From: Eubacteriales bacterium
GTDB lineage: Bacteria; Bacillota; Clostridia; Oscillospirales; CAG-272
Direction of reading: 5' to 3'
NCBI GenBank assembly: GCA_051867975.1
Contig: JBJDZM010000010.1
Location: 1,848 to 65,847 of the forward strand
DNA length: 64,000 nucleotides
Shown: positions 1 to 9,998 of the stretch, in pieces
Layout: each line of letters begins with the position of its first letter
Numbering within the stretch: the first letter of the stretch is position 1
Notes under the pieces: generated by a model
Told to the model about the DNA's origin: nothing
What the model saw: the letters and a program-made list of their open reading frames with translations, nothing else
Databases searched by the model: none
Position numbers and translations under genes: made by a program

Positions 1-753
1 AACTGCATGTGTGCTGTCCGCAGTGAGTCCGATATTTGTAATTAGATTAACACTTGGAACTATAGCCATTTGTGAATTAAGTGCTGCCGCCATACCGCTT
101 TGATATGTCCAAGAGCTCAGTCTTTTACCCGACTTTAGTATGTTGGCTTTTTCGGCACCTTCTTTGCGAACGTTACGGTAGAAGGGATATTTGCGTTCTA
201 CACATTTCATTGAGTAATCGTCAGTCAAAAATCCCATATTAAAATCCATCTGTTGCCAAGCACGTTTCCAGGTTGCCCAACCCCAGCAACATCCCGGTCC
301 GAAAAAGTAACTATTCGGAGTCTCATCATAATGTATCAGGTGATTCATTGCGTTAATCATATAAATACGATTATCTTCTTTATACTTTTCCAATAATTCT
401 GCACAAAACGGGAAAAAATCTTGTGACGGCACACAGTCATCCTCTAAAATAATAAGCCGGTCCACATATTCAAATGCCCAGGAAATACCTGAATACATTC
501 TCATTCCGCAGCCTAAATTCTCTTGTGAGTAGTTCGTGTGCACCTCGCAATCCCAGTCAATATCTTCTGCTATTTTCTGACAGGCAGCAATGTTTTTTTC
601 ATCATTCAAATTACCGTCTCTTGCACCATCACAGGCCAAAAACAATTTTGATGGTCTTGCCTGCTTTACTGCCTCAAAAACGAACTTGAAGGTGTCGGGC
701 CTGTTAAAAAAATTCAGATATACCGCAACATCAACTTTATATGGTTTTTTCAT
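1..753 (-). CDS. glycosyltransferase, GT-A-like (HlpA-like); C-terminus cut by window edge
   Basis: Absent from the ORF track because it runs off the edge. My translation from the ATG (revcomp of cat at 751-753) reads MKKPYKVDVAVYLNFFNRPDTFKFVFEAVKQARPSKLFLACDGARDG...RLIILEDDCVPSQDFF, which includes a DxD-like EDD motif. It is on the same strand as, and directly follows, the EPS genes. Confidence 0.6.
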   Translation of the reverse strand, partial: MKKPYKVDVAVYLNFFNRPDTFKFVFEAVKQARPSKLFLACDGARDGNLNDEKNIAACQKIAEDIDWDCEVHTNYSQENLGCGMRMYSGISWAFEYVDRLIILEDDCVPSQDFFPFCAELLEKYKEDNRIYMINAMNHLIHYDETPNSYFFGPGCCWGWATWKRAWQQMDFNMGFLTDDYSMKCVERKYPFYRNVRKEGAEKANILKSGKRLSSWTYQSGMAAALNSQMAIVPSVNLITNIGLTADSTHAV

Positions 754-819
754 TGTTCCCTAAACTCCTTTACATAAGCTTCAACATAAATACTGCTTAT
801 TTTAAATCGATTTCTCAAT

Positions 820-1388
820 TCACGTTCTCATTTTAATTTTTTTGCATGGGACTCCCACAACTACGGAATTAGCTTCAACAACATTCTTCACTAACGATTT
901 GGCTCCAACAACCGCTCCGTCACAAATATGACTCCCTTTTAATACTGTAACATTAGCCGCCAACCAACAATCGCTTCCGATTATTACTTTTTCAACAGCG
1001 TTTTCCTGTTGACATATCAATTTATCTGTTCCAATACCATGGTCCGTATCAATAATATAGCCCTGTGCAGCTATCATAGTATTACTGCCTATGTTTCCCC
1101 CCCCCCCCCCGATTTTGAGGCATATATTATCGTCCCGTTTCCAATATCAACATTATCTCCTATCTCAATCAAACCGTCTCCGAAAAACATAACATCCGGA
1201 TAAATGGTGACATTATGACCAAGCTTAATGTTGCTATTAATAAGCGTGACCTTTCCGACAAGAGAAAAATCCGAGTGCTCACATTTAATTTTCTTTTTAA
1301 ATATGTATTTTCTGTATTCAGACTGTGTTTTTCTTAAAACTCGATCGAACAATAAAACCAAATTCATTATTAAACCTCCAACAAACAA
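820..1388 (-). pseudogene. hexapeptide-repeat (LbH) O-acetyltransferase split by a G14 homopolymer (ORFs 1089..1388 and 820..1077)
   Basis: The N-terminal part ends ...GDNVDIGNGTIIYASKSGGGGET*. The second frame is open through the tract and continues GGGGGNIGSNTMIAAQGYIIDTDHG...IIGSDCWLAANVTVLKGSHICDGAVVGAKSLV, which has typical [LIV]-G-x4 repeats. A +1 or -2 change in tract length fuses the two ORFs. Confidence 0.75.
1097..1110. repeat. C14 (coding-strand G14) homopolymer
   Basis: Counted directly: c at 1097-1110, flanked by t(1096) and g(1111). Confidence 0.95.
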
Positions 1389-2512
1389 TTTAACTCTTTT
1401 TGAAATTTCTGATCCAATTCTGATATTACTTTTCTTCCGTTATATTCATCGTTTATATTAACGCTTTTTATTGCATCAGCTATCTTTTCAGGAGTTTGTT
1501 CATCGTAATAATACATATATTCACCGATTGCCGATGTCTCTATAGCCGAAATACGGATACTGACCACACGAAGACCATTCGCCATATAAGACAGTATCTT
1601 ACTTGGAAAGGATGTTGCATTAAAAGCCGCATCCGGATTCTGAGTGCTCAGGCCAATGTCACAGCTTTGGATGAACCGGATATACTCTTCGCCGGAGAGC
1701 AGCCCATCGTAGGTAACCCTGGCTTTGGCTTGAAATGCAATTCTAGCAACCAAATCCTTCATTTCTTGAACATCCTGTTCAGAACCAAATCCTAAAATGT
1801 GAATATGATAGTTTTCAGGCAAGTGGGCGGCGGCGGCGGCGGCTACAGCCCCTCCTTTTCGGGGGTCAAGTGTACCTGCGTAAACAACATGCACAATATC
1901 GGCTTTTTCTTCATGCAAGTTGTCGCTAAAGGTCCTGCATTTTCTATCCGGTTCAACCTGATAGGTTCCGTGTATGATCACAGAGGGCTTCCCATCTGTG
2001 TTGATACAATCATCCAACAAACGTGTAGGAAATATGTACGCATCTGCGGATTTTAAACGCTTGACCTCCTTTTTCCTTAATCGTTCATTTCCAATAACAT
2101 CCGCAAAAATCTCTTCAACTTCAAAAATCAATTTAAACTTTTTAACTTTATGAGCGAAATTTATCTGATTTAAATAACCGAGAGAATGATAAACAATAAC
2201 AGTTTCGTCCTTGCAAACATTTTTAAAAATCCATAATAATAATTTTAGTTTATCAAAAAACCTTGATACAACCCTAACAACACGTTTTTTGTGGGACTTC
2301 AAATGAAAGTATTTTACCGAAACACCGTCACGCAGTTGAATACATTCACTCTTTTGAGATCCGTCGAGTTTTGATGAGAATGATATGATTTCCGCAGAAC
2401 CTGCTACATTGGCTATAACATCGGCAATGTAATCCATTTTATTGACCGCTGCTAAAGTACAATTCGCTTTATCCAGTCTTCTGCTGTCCGCATAATATCC
2501 AAAATATTTCAT
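1370..2512 (-). CDS. glycosyltransferase, GT-B fold (GT4/GT1-like)
   Basis: 380 aa. C-terminal half reads VVYAGTLDPRKGG...ILGFGSEQD...STQNPDAAFNATSFPSKILSYMANGLRVV, which is GT1-type. It lies within the EPS operon. Confidence 0.65.
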   Translation of the reverse strand: MKYFGYYADSRRLDKANCTLAAVNKMDYIADVIANVAGSAEIISFSSKLDGSQKSECIQLRDGVSVKYFHLKSHKKRVVRVVSRFFDKLKLLLWIFKNVCKDETVIVYHSLGYLNQINFAHKVKKFKLIFEVEEIFADVIGNERLRKKEVKRLKSADAYIFPTRLLDDCINTDGKPSVIIHGTYQVEPDRKCRTFSDNLHEEKADIVHVVYAGTLDPRKGGAVAAAAAAHLPENYHIHILGFGSEQDVQEMKDLVARIAFQAKARVTYDGLLSGEEYIRFIQSCDIGLSTQNPDAAFNATSFPSKILSYMANGLRVVSIRISAIETSAIGEYMYYYDEQTPEKIADAIKSVNINDEYNGRKVISELDQKFQKELNCLLEV

Positions 2513-2522
2513 ACCTAACCTC

Positions 2523-3617
2523 TTACATAAAAAAGAATGAATACTGCGGCCCTTGAAGGAGCAACAATAGTATCATAGTACCGCTAATGATTAGTAAAAA
2601 TTGATTTTGGCTTTTTTCGTCAAACGGTAATGCCAAATCCGGGATAAGGAACAACAGAAAAATCGAATAATACTGAACTACTCGCATCGTCGATGGGTTA
2701 ATCAAAAGCAGCGAGGAAAAGAAAGCGGCTATCATAAGCGCATTTACCGACATATTAAGCAACGGATTATCCGATAATGCTATCCTATCCCAAAATGCAA
2801 AGACATAAATTGCCATTGCAAGCAACAAAAACATAAACGTTCCGGCAGCGGCACCTTCATATTGCTGATAACTTTCGTATCCTACAATCGACTGCAGAAA
2901 ACTCAATAATTGATTGCGGAAAACAAACGAACCTGCAATTGCAATTAAATATCCGAGAAGTTTTACCCGTGTAATCTTAATTCGGGACATCCAGTAAAAC
3001 GGAATCAAGCAAATTACAGACGCATGGATTGTATAACCCACCGCCATAAGCAGTAAAAACGGTATTAGTTTTCGGCGTTTTATTAACTCCAAACCGCCCC
3101 AAACCACAATAGCGGTTGCAATTGTTTGCCTGTGTCCCGTTATTGCAAAAAACGAGTAGAATAATGTTGAATATACTATCCAAGAAACGCATGCATTTTT
3201 AGAATACTTATAAATGAAAAATGCCATCGGTACTGTGAAAACAACCGCAATAAATATCAGCCAAACCGTATAATACGGAGTGATGTCTCTGAAAAATTTT
3301 TCAATAATTGAAAATCCTATGTCCTTGTATCCAATATCGGGAAAGAGAAAGTATTTTTCAATAAATCTATTCCAAAGTATATTCCAAGACGTGCCTTCGG
3401 AGTTTAAAAAAGAAATCCTGTAGGCATCTGTATCGGCACCAATCGAATATGCTCGCAAGCCGGATAACAGTATCCAGTTAACAGCACCGACTGTACACGT
3501 CCACATTGCCCTTTTTCGTTCGAGTTGTTCTTCGCTTAAACCACACCTTATTGCCCCGGATGTTGGCAACATCCAAGCGAGAACAATTAAAAATATATTT
3601 AAAACATACCAAATCAT
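2523..3617 (-). CDS. EpsG-family polytopic membrane protein (putative Wzy-type polysaccharide polymerase)
   Basis: 364 aa with about 10 hydrophobic segments. Contains the EpsG-like motif LRAYSIGADTDAYRISF. Confidence 0.65.
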   Translation of the reverse strand: MIWYVLNIFLIVLAWMLPTSGAIRCGLSEEQLERKRAMWTCTVGAVNWILLSGLRAYSIGADTDAYRISFLNSEGTSWNILWNRFIEKYFLFPDIGYKDIGFSIIEKFFRDITPYYTVWLIFIAVVFTVPMAFFIYKYSKNACVSWIVYSTLFYSFFAITGHRQTIATAIVVWGGLELIKRRKLIPFLLLMAVGYTIHASVICLIPFYWMSRIKITRVKLLGYLIAIAGSFVFRNQLLSFLQSIVGYESYQQYEGAAAGTFMFLLLAMAIYVFAFWDRIALSDNPLLNMSVNALMIAAFFSSLLLINPSTMRVVQYYSIFLLFLIPDLALPFDEKSQNQFLLIISGTMILLLLLQGPQYSFFFM

Positions 3618-3717
3618 TTTTTATCTCACCACATATAGCTTCATTCAAGCAATTTTTTATATGTGACCACCGTCTCATTAATTAAAGCCATTTTAGAAGA
3701 AAGGGTAGTAAACAATA

Positions 3718-4302
3718 TTATCGCCTCGGATACTCTTCACTTGCCTTTATTAAGTATGGAGAGGAGTCATTTGAACTGATTTTTTTTGCCGGCACACCGC
3801 CTACAGTAATTCCCTCTTCAAGAATACTTTTCACAACAACCGCTCCTGCACCGATTACAACATTATCGGCAATCTCAACATCGCCGATGATTTTCGCCCC
3901 TGATGCAATATATACATTATTACCGATGCGAGGAACATTCGGTGACGTCGCGTTTGCACCTATAGTAACACCCTCATGAATCCTGCAATTATCACCGATT
4001 ATGGCGTTTCCGTTAACAACGGTACAACCGTAATGTACTATGGCTAAGCCCGGTCCAAAAGAATTATATCCTATAGAAAATCCCAATTTTTGTCCTAATC
4101 TCAAGAATCTGAAATTATAAAACTTACTTAAAGCTTTTCCTATTAAATCATTTCTGCAATTTGCAAGATATGCACATTTTCTCATTAATATTTGATATTT
4201 CCATATAATATCAACTACAAGTCTTGGCTTTTTGTAGTTTTTATCCAAAGCAATACGGTCACATTCAAGATAATACAGCAAATCTTCTTTGGATTGAATC
4301 AT
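3718..4302 (-). CDS. hexapeptide-repeat acetyltransferase (serine-acetyltransferase/WcaB-like)
   Basis: N-terminal KEDLLYYLECDRIAL is followed by LbH repeats IGDNCRIHEGVTIGA...IGNNVYIASGAKIIGDVEIADNVVIGAGAVV. Confidence 0.75.
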   Translation of the reverse strand: MIQSKEDLLYYLECDRIALDKNYKKPRLVVDIIWKYQILMRKCAYLANCRNDLIGKALSKFYNFRFLRLGQKLGFSIGYNSFGPGLAIVHYGCTVVNGNAIIGDNCRIHEGVTIGANATSPNVPRIGNNVYIASGAKIIGDVEIADNVVIGAGAVVVKSILEEGITVGGVPAKKISSNDSSPYLIKASEEYPRR

Positions 4303-4305
4303 TCT

Positions 4306-5496
4306 CTATTCCTCCGTAATTTTTTTATATACATTATAGTATTTTTCAATATTTTTTTTATCATCAAACATCTGATGGGAAAATTCTACGCATTTTTCAC
4401 TATATTTCCCTTTGCCGTTTTCCTTTATGATGCGGATATTCCGTATTACAGCATCAATATCCCCATCGGGACAAATATATCCGCAACCTTCCCCAACCAA
4501 TTCCGGAGAGGCTGTATTATTGAATACAACTACAGGCGTTCCGCAGCTAAGCGCTTCTGCTGTGACTAAGCCGAACGTTTCTTGTTTTGAAAGTGTAACA
4601 AAAACATCTGCTTGAGAGTACAATTCAGCAAGCTTTTCCCTGTTTTCTGTCCTTGGTATTAAACGTATTTGTTCAGGTAGTTCTATACTACATTTCCCTA
4701 CTAATACAATCTCTTCGTCATGTTCCAATCTTTTGGCTATCTCAATGAAGCCGTAAATCCCTTTACTTTCACTCCAACTCTCTGACACACCCATAATAAC
4801 GAACTTTTTATCATGCTCATTGTTTTTAATACTGTCTATGGGATGAAAAACGTCAAAGTCAACCCAATTATAAATATAATCAATTAGCTTTGCATTCTTC
4901 AAAATTGATTTTTCGGCTTCATTTGCAATCCATTTAGAAACACCTATTATTGCAAGATTGTCAATTATATCAAAGTATTTCTTTTTATCTGCTAATGCCT
5001 TTTTACTCGTATCAAAAAGTAAACTTCTGTTATACTGTTTCATTGCAGGGCATTTACCACAGGCATCTTGCCAACGGAAACATCCAATGTCTGTATAATA
5101 CGCACAGTGCCCTGTAAAGAAAAAACAATCATGAAGGGTTACGCAAACGGCAATCTTATGCTTTGCCAAAAAGGATAAAATCATCCTGATATTAATGTTA
5201 TTAGCATGCAAATTATGTATATGGACAGCATCCGGTGAGAAGTCGGAAATATAATCAATAATTTTCTTTGTCTGCCGTCTTGACCAATATCCTTGAAGTC
5301 CTGTTAGGCGAGATAATAACGCATGCAACTTTTGATCAAAGAGTGTGCCTATCTTAACAGCACCCTCTTCATCAGTTTGACCTGATGTATAGATAAATCT
5401 GCTCTCTGCATTATTTTCATTAGCTTTCTTATGTATCGCTAACGCAAGCCTTCCCGTACTTCCGTTAGGTACAGCATTAATCTGAAGAACTCTCAT
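4306..5496 (-). CDS. glycosyltransferase family 4 (GT-B)
   Basis: MRVLQINAVPNGSTGR...; C-terminal SKQETFGLVTAEALSCGTPVVVFN matches the E-x7-E region. Confidence 0.75.
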   Translation of the reverse strand: MRVLQINAVPNGSTGRLALAIHKKANENNAESRFIYTSGQTDEEGAVKIGTLFDQKLHALLSRLTGLQGYWSRRQTKKIIDYISDFSPDAVHIHNLHANNINIRMILSFLAKHKIAVCVTLHDCFFFTGHCAYYTDIGCFRWQDACGKCPAMKQYNRSLLFDTSKKALADKKKYFDIIDNLAIIGVSKWIANEAEKSILKNAKLIDYIYNWVDFDVFHPIDSIKNNEHDKKFVIMGVSESWSESKGIYGFIEIAKRLEHDEEIVLVGKCSIELPEQIRLIPRTENREKLAELYSQADVFVTLSKQETFGLVTAEALSCGTPVVVFNNTASPELVGEGCGYICPDGDIDAVIRNIRIIKENGKGKYSEKCVEFSHQMFDDKKNIEKYYNVYKKITEE

Positions 5497-6772
5497 TTGC
5501 TATCCTTTCAAAATCCGTAAGGATTGTAGTAGAAATTCGTTGCTTGTTATGATTATTTGCACAACACCGTTTTGCTTTGTGGGCATAATCTAAAATGATT
5601 TTATTATCATTTTTTATTTTTTCCAATAGACTGTAAATTTCCGCCTTGTTGCTCACACACAAAGCCGCATCATTTTCTTTAAGATAAACTAAACCGCCCT
5701 GTTTTTCATCACAAACAGCCATAACGGCACATCCGCTTGAAAGACAGTCTACAATTTTGGTTGAAAAAGACATACGAACCGCCAGTCGGTTCTTTAAATC
5801 AAACGATTCCGTGTGCAACGCTATATCACTGTTATGGTAAATATTTTTAAGTTCCTCTTGCGAAACGGGAGAATGAACAAATGAGTTTACCCCGTCGTTT
5901 AACCCATATGCTTTTTTTGGCAATTCGTTAGCCGTATAAATATCCAGCCGGAAATTCACACCGTTTGCATTTATTTTTTTAATAGCATTGGCAACTTCCA
6001 AAAGTGTTTTCCAGCGGTTTAAATATATCCCGCCGGCATACACAAGCCGAATGGGATTACCGACGGTTTCTTTTGCGGGAATATCCCCATACGAAACCGA
6101 CTTGAGCAGTATTTTCATATTTGCCCCGAAATCCCTTTCACATTGCTGTTTTTGGGTTTCGGTCATAGTATATACAAGCGAATAATAAGGGAAAGTTTTT
6201 CTTAACTGACGGCGTACCGCAAAACGGTTTATCCAGTAAAACGGGGATAAACTAAACTGTTTTAATGTATAGGAATCGTCCGAAATATAAGAAATCACTT
6301 TTTTGCCTGTAAGTTTTGCAATATAGCGTGTCAATCGTAACATAAAGGTATTACCGTAGCACGGCGCAAAAATTATATCAGGCGAAAAATCTTTTACAAA
6401 ATCATTTAAACCTTTATTTTTCCAGTTTGAAAGGTTCCAAATAATGCTTTGTACGGTATAAAATACTCTTAACCTGTGACTGCGAAAAAAATGATAAAAC
6501 TTTTTATTCGGTTTTTCCAGTTTGCTTTCTTGTTTTTGTTCGTCTTCTTCCAGTTCGAACGCTTTGCCTATGGGTTTGTGTTTCAAAAAATTATGTATGA
6601 CCATTGAATCGGTCATTTGATAATACTTTTTACACAAATGATTATCGGGTATTCCGGGGTTGCAATATATTTGCGCTAATTCAAAATTTGTATCGCTGAA
6701 CATATTGGATAAAACGTTTCCGCCGTTTGTTCCATCCTGCCATACTTCAGCAGAAATTATCAATACTTTCAT
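5477..6772 (-). CDS. putative glycosyltransferase or capsule-biosynthesis protein (GT-B-like)
   Basis: 431 aa starting MKVLIISAEVWQDGTNGGN, with C-terminal LVYAGGIY...HTESFDL...STKIVDCLSSGCAVMAV. The family was not recognised precisely. Confidence 0.45.
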   Translation of the reverse strand: MKVLIISAEVWQDGTNGGNVLSNMFSDTNFELAQIYCNPGIPDNHLCKKYYQMTDSMVIHNFLKHKPIGKAFELEEDEQKQESKLEKPNKKFYHFFRSHRLRVFYTVQSIIWNLSNWKNKGLNDFVKDFSPDIIFAPCYGNTFMLRLTRYIAKLTGKKVISYISDDSYTLKQFSLSPFYWINRFAVRRQLRKTFPYYSLVYTMTETQKQQCERDFGANMKILLKSVSYGDIPAKETVGNPIRLVYAGGIYLNRWKTLLEVANAIKKINANGVNFRLDIYTANELPKKAYGLNDGVNSFVHSPVSQEELKNIYHNSDIALHTESFDLKNRLAVRMSFSTKIVDCLSSGCAVMAVCDEKQGGLVYLKENDAALCVSNKAEIYSLLEKIKNDNKIILDYAHKAKRCCANNHNKQRISTTILTDFERIANESSSD

Positions 6773-6782
6773 AACAATCTCT

Positions 6783-7766
6783 CTATTTACGTCTTTTACA
6801 GGTTAAATAAATCTTTAGCAGACATAATGTCAGATTAAATCCTAAACACCTATACAGTTTAGATATTCTTTTTTGTTTTGGATTAAGATTATACTCGAAA
6901 AGGAATGAATAGTTTTTTGCAATATTCGTCAATTTCTTTTTGAGTTTAATACTTTTTAAACAACAAATATATGCGCATACAATCGAATATTGGTAAGAGA
7001 CATAATTCAAAAAAACTTTTTGTGCCTCGTTATCTTTTTCCATTCCATCACAGTATTCACAAATAATATTTAGATACTGTTCGATGTGTTCGGATGTTAC
7101 TATATTTGTAATTGAACCCGTACGACCCTGGCGATACATATAAAAATGGTAGTTTAAATACAAATATTTAGGCAATAAGCAACTCAGTCTGAAAATCCAT
7201 TCAATATCTTCACTTTTTATGTTTTCCTTAAACTTAAGATTGTTTTCAAGCAGATATTTCCGTTCGAGCACTTTCGTGCATACACTACCAATAATAAGAT
7301 CTTTTTTTATCAAAGTTATCAGTTCGCTTGTTGAACCCTCCTCATATTTCATTGAGGGAAACTGAAAATGGTCTTCCCTTTCCTTACCGTCCGGATAAAC
7401 GAGAGTCGCTGCACATACAACTACTTGTACCCATGGGTTTTTACTGATCTCAGAGAATAGCGTTTGCAATACATTTGAATCTTTCCAATAATCATCGCCG
7501 TCTAAAAAGAGTAAATATTTCCCATTCGCCTTATCAATTCCGGCATTTCTTGCAGAAGATAACCCGCCGTTTTTCTTGTGTATGACAGATATTCTCGAAT
7601 CTACCGCCGCATATGCATCGCATATTTCAGGGCACTTGTCCGGTGAGCCATCGTCCACAAGAATAATCTCAATATCTCGAAATGTCTGATTCACAACACT
7701 GTCAACACATTCCCTTAAATAGTTTTCAACCTTGTATACCGGTATTATTACACTAAAAAACGCCAT
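6783..7766 (-). CDS. glycosyltransferase family 2
   Basis: FSVIIPVYKVENYLRECVDSVVNQTFRDIEIILVDDGSPD...FLDGDD is the classical GT2 signature. Confidence 0.85.
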   Translation of the reverse strand: MAFFSVIIPVYKVENYLRECVDSVVNQTFRDIEIILVDDGSPDKCPEICDAYAAVDSRISVIHKKNGGLSSARNAGIDKANGKYLLFLDGDDYWKDSNVLQTLFSEISKNPWVQVVVCAATLVYPDGKEREDHFQFPSMKYEEGSTSELITLIKKDLIIGSVCTKVLERKYLLENNLKFKENIKSEDIEWIFRLSCLLPKYLYLNYHFYMYRQGRTGSITNIVTSEHIEQYLNIICEYCDGMEKDNEAQKVFLNYVSYQYSIVCAYICCLKSIKLKKKLTNIAKNYSFLFEYNLNPKQKRISKLYRCLGFNLTLCLLKIYLTCKRRK

Positions 7767-7772
7767 GCTATT

Positions 7773-8852
7773 TTACTCCAACCCTTCATAAAACGACTGA
7801 AGAAACTCCACAGAATCCGGCAAATTATACCCCGCCTCAATCACACGCTGTGCTGACGATAAATCACGGGATCTGTCCGTTTCAATTATTGCTGCAGCCC
7901 ACTCGTCCGCATCTTTTTCAAGAGAAAAAAATTCAAGCAATCCTGTAATATCGGTTTCTGTAGTAACCCTGTCTTTTGATGTGATACAATGCAAACCATT
8001 TGTTTGCGCCTCAATCAAAGTTATGCTGAGGCCCTCATACTTTGACGGCAGACAGAATACATCAAAAGCATTCATTACTTCGTTTACATTATTTATTGAC
8101 CCTGTAAAAACTACTTTTTCTGTTAATCCAAGTGAGTTGACTTTCTCTGTAATATCTTTTTTTAAATGCCCGTTACCGTCACCGACGCAAACCAACTTTG
8201 AGTCAGGGATTCTCTTTTGTAACTCATAAAAAATATCAATCAAAAATGAATGATTTTTCTGATAGTCAATTCTTCCGACATGTCCCACTACAAACGAGTC
8301 ATTTAAACCGTATTTTTCGCGAATTTTTTCTCTATCTTCTGATGAAAAACAATATTTTTCCACGTCTATTGCATTTGGAATGACCTGGAAATCCTTGTTT
8401 CCGAATAGCCATCTTCCTGCAGCCTCACTGCAAGCAAATCTAACACAGTTAAATGAAAGAAAAGTCTTTGCCAGTCTGTGTATTATTTTCTTTTCAGCGT
8501 TAGTATTATGTGAGTGGATAATTAAATGCTTTGCGCCGCCGCATCTTGCTGCCCGTAGGTCAAAATAACCTATCGCATTTCCGGTATGTCTATGGATAAT
8601 TGAATAACCATTGGCTTTTACAATATTTTTTATATCCAAAAAGGTACGTAACGGTTTCTTGGTAAGTGAATGGGTATGATATACTTTTCCGCCAAGTTCA
8701 TTTATTTCTTTGTCAAAATATCCTGGATTAGGTGATGTTATGAGGAAGTCAAACTGAACCTTCGTCCTGTCAATCATCCGATACCTGTCCATCACAAAAT
8801 GTTCAATACCGCCGTTTCCCATTATATTAAACACATGAAGAACCCTAATCAT
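7773..8852 (-). CDS. glycosyltransferase family 4
   Basis: MIRVLHVFNIMGNGGIEHFV...; C-terminal PSKYEGLSITLIEAQTNGLHCI. Confidence 0.8.
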   Translation of the reverse strand: MIRVLHVFNIMGNGGIEHFVMDRYRMIDRTKVQFDFLITSPNPGYFDKEINELGGKVYHTHSLTKKPLRTFLDIKNIVKANGYSIIHRHTGNAIGYFDLRAARCGGAKHLIIHSHNTNAEKKIIHRLAKTFLSFNCVRFACSEAAGRWLFGNKDFQVIPNAIDVEKYCFSSEDREKIREKYGLNDSFVVGHVGRIDYQKNHSFLIDIFYELQKRIPDSKLVCVGDGNGHLKKDITEKVNSLGLTEKVVFTGSINNVNEVMNAFDVFCLPSKYEGLSITLIEAQTNGLHCITSKDRVTTETDITGLLEFFSLEKDADEWAAAIIETDRSRDLSSAQRVIEAGYNLPDSVEFLQSFYEGLE

Positions 8853-9984
8853 TTTTTATTTCCTCCGGAAAATAAATGCCTGTTAACTCGGATTGAACAT
8901 TTTGCTTACCGTACTTCATGATGTCGTCCTGTGCCTGTTCTTTTATTCTTTGTGCCGATTCGGTATCAAGCAACAATTCTAAGACTTTTTCCCCCATTTG
9001 ATGGATATTGTCGCCGCAAATCAGATAGCCGTTTTTTCCGTCCTGTATCAATTCCCTATGACCACGATTATAAGTTGCTACAACCGGAGTACCCGACATC
9101 ATAGCCTCAACAATATTTAATGGCAGTCCCTCACGCTTACTGCATGCAACACACACATCCGCAATATGTTGATAATCCTGAAGATTGGTAACATATCCAA
9201 GCAACTTCACGTTATTCTGCAATCTGAGTTCGACAATTAGATTTTCAAGGTTATCCTTCTCAGGTCCATTCCCCGCAATCAAAAGCATTGTATCCGGATA
9301 TTGTTGAGCAACCTCGGTCATCATACGAATAGCCATTTGCTGATTTTTATTAGGGAGAAGTTCTCCTACACACAGTATCAGCCTTTGGTTTTCATAATAT
9401 CCCATTTTTGAACGAAGCTCTCTCTTTTCATCCTCCGAAACAGGGTAATAACGATTTTCATCCACACCGACTCCATGTATTCGCTCTATTTGGCACTTAA
9501 ATTTTTCATTTGCCAAATCATAATCTTCGTTAGTAATAGTAATCAACTTATCTGTATAATGATTTGCGAAAAATTTTTCAATAGGATAGAATACAATCCA
9601 ATTCTTCTTTGGCGCACCCTTATAAAAATGAAATCCATGTGCTGTATAAATGACTTTTGTTCCGTTTTTCCTCGCATTTCTTGCTGCAAGACGAGTCACA
9701 ATACCGCCCATAGGGGTATTGCAATGGATAATATCATAGTGACCGTCGTCGATGATTCTTTTTAATTGCTTATAAGCTCTTATATTATCAGTACTCTTCG
9801 GAGATCGAGCAAACGGAACATCATAAACCTTATCAACAAAATCAAGTTTTAATCCGTTTTTTTCTGCAAGGTTGTCCCTTGCGGCAACATGCACTTCACA
9901 ATTATGCTCATGTAGCATTTCAACAAGTGGCTTATGAAATTGACAAATATGCGATTGAACTGTGGCAGTTAGTAATACTCTCAT
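8845..9984 (-). CDS. glycosyltransferase family 4
   Basis: MRVLLTATV...; C-terminal SKREGLPLNIVEAMMSGTPVVATYNRGHRELI. Confidence 0.8.
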   Translation of the reverse strand: MRVLLTATVQSHICQFHKPLVEMLHEHNCEVHVAARDNLAEKNGLKLDFVDKVYDVPFARSPKSTDNIRAYKQLKRIIDDGHYDIIHCNTPMGGIVTRLAARNARKNGTKVIYTAHGFHFYKGAPKKNWIVFYPIEKFFANHYTDKLITITNEDYDLANEKFKCQIERIHGVGVDENRYYPVSEDEKRELRSKMGYYENQRLILCVGELLPNKNQQMAIRMMTEVAQQYPDTMLLIAGNGPEKDNLENLIVELRLQNNVKLLGYVTNLQDYQHIADVCVACSKREGLPLNIVEAMMSGTPVVATYNRGHRELIQDGKNGYLICGDNIHQMGEKVLELLLDTESAQRIKEQAQDDIMKYGKQNVQSELTGIYFPEEIKND

Positions 9985-9998
9985 TACTGTAATCCTTT

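Noticed and set aside
1826-1843. (GGC)6 trinucleotide repeat inside the glycosyltransferase gene (encodes Ala6)
   Set aside because: Length changes stay in frame, so it is not a phase switch. It is noted only as a GC-pure microsatellite in AT-rich DNA.
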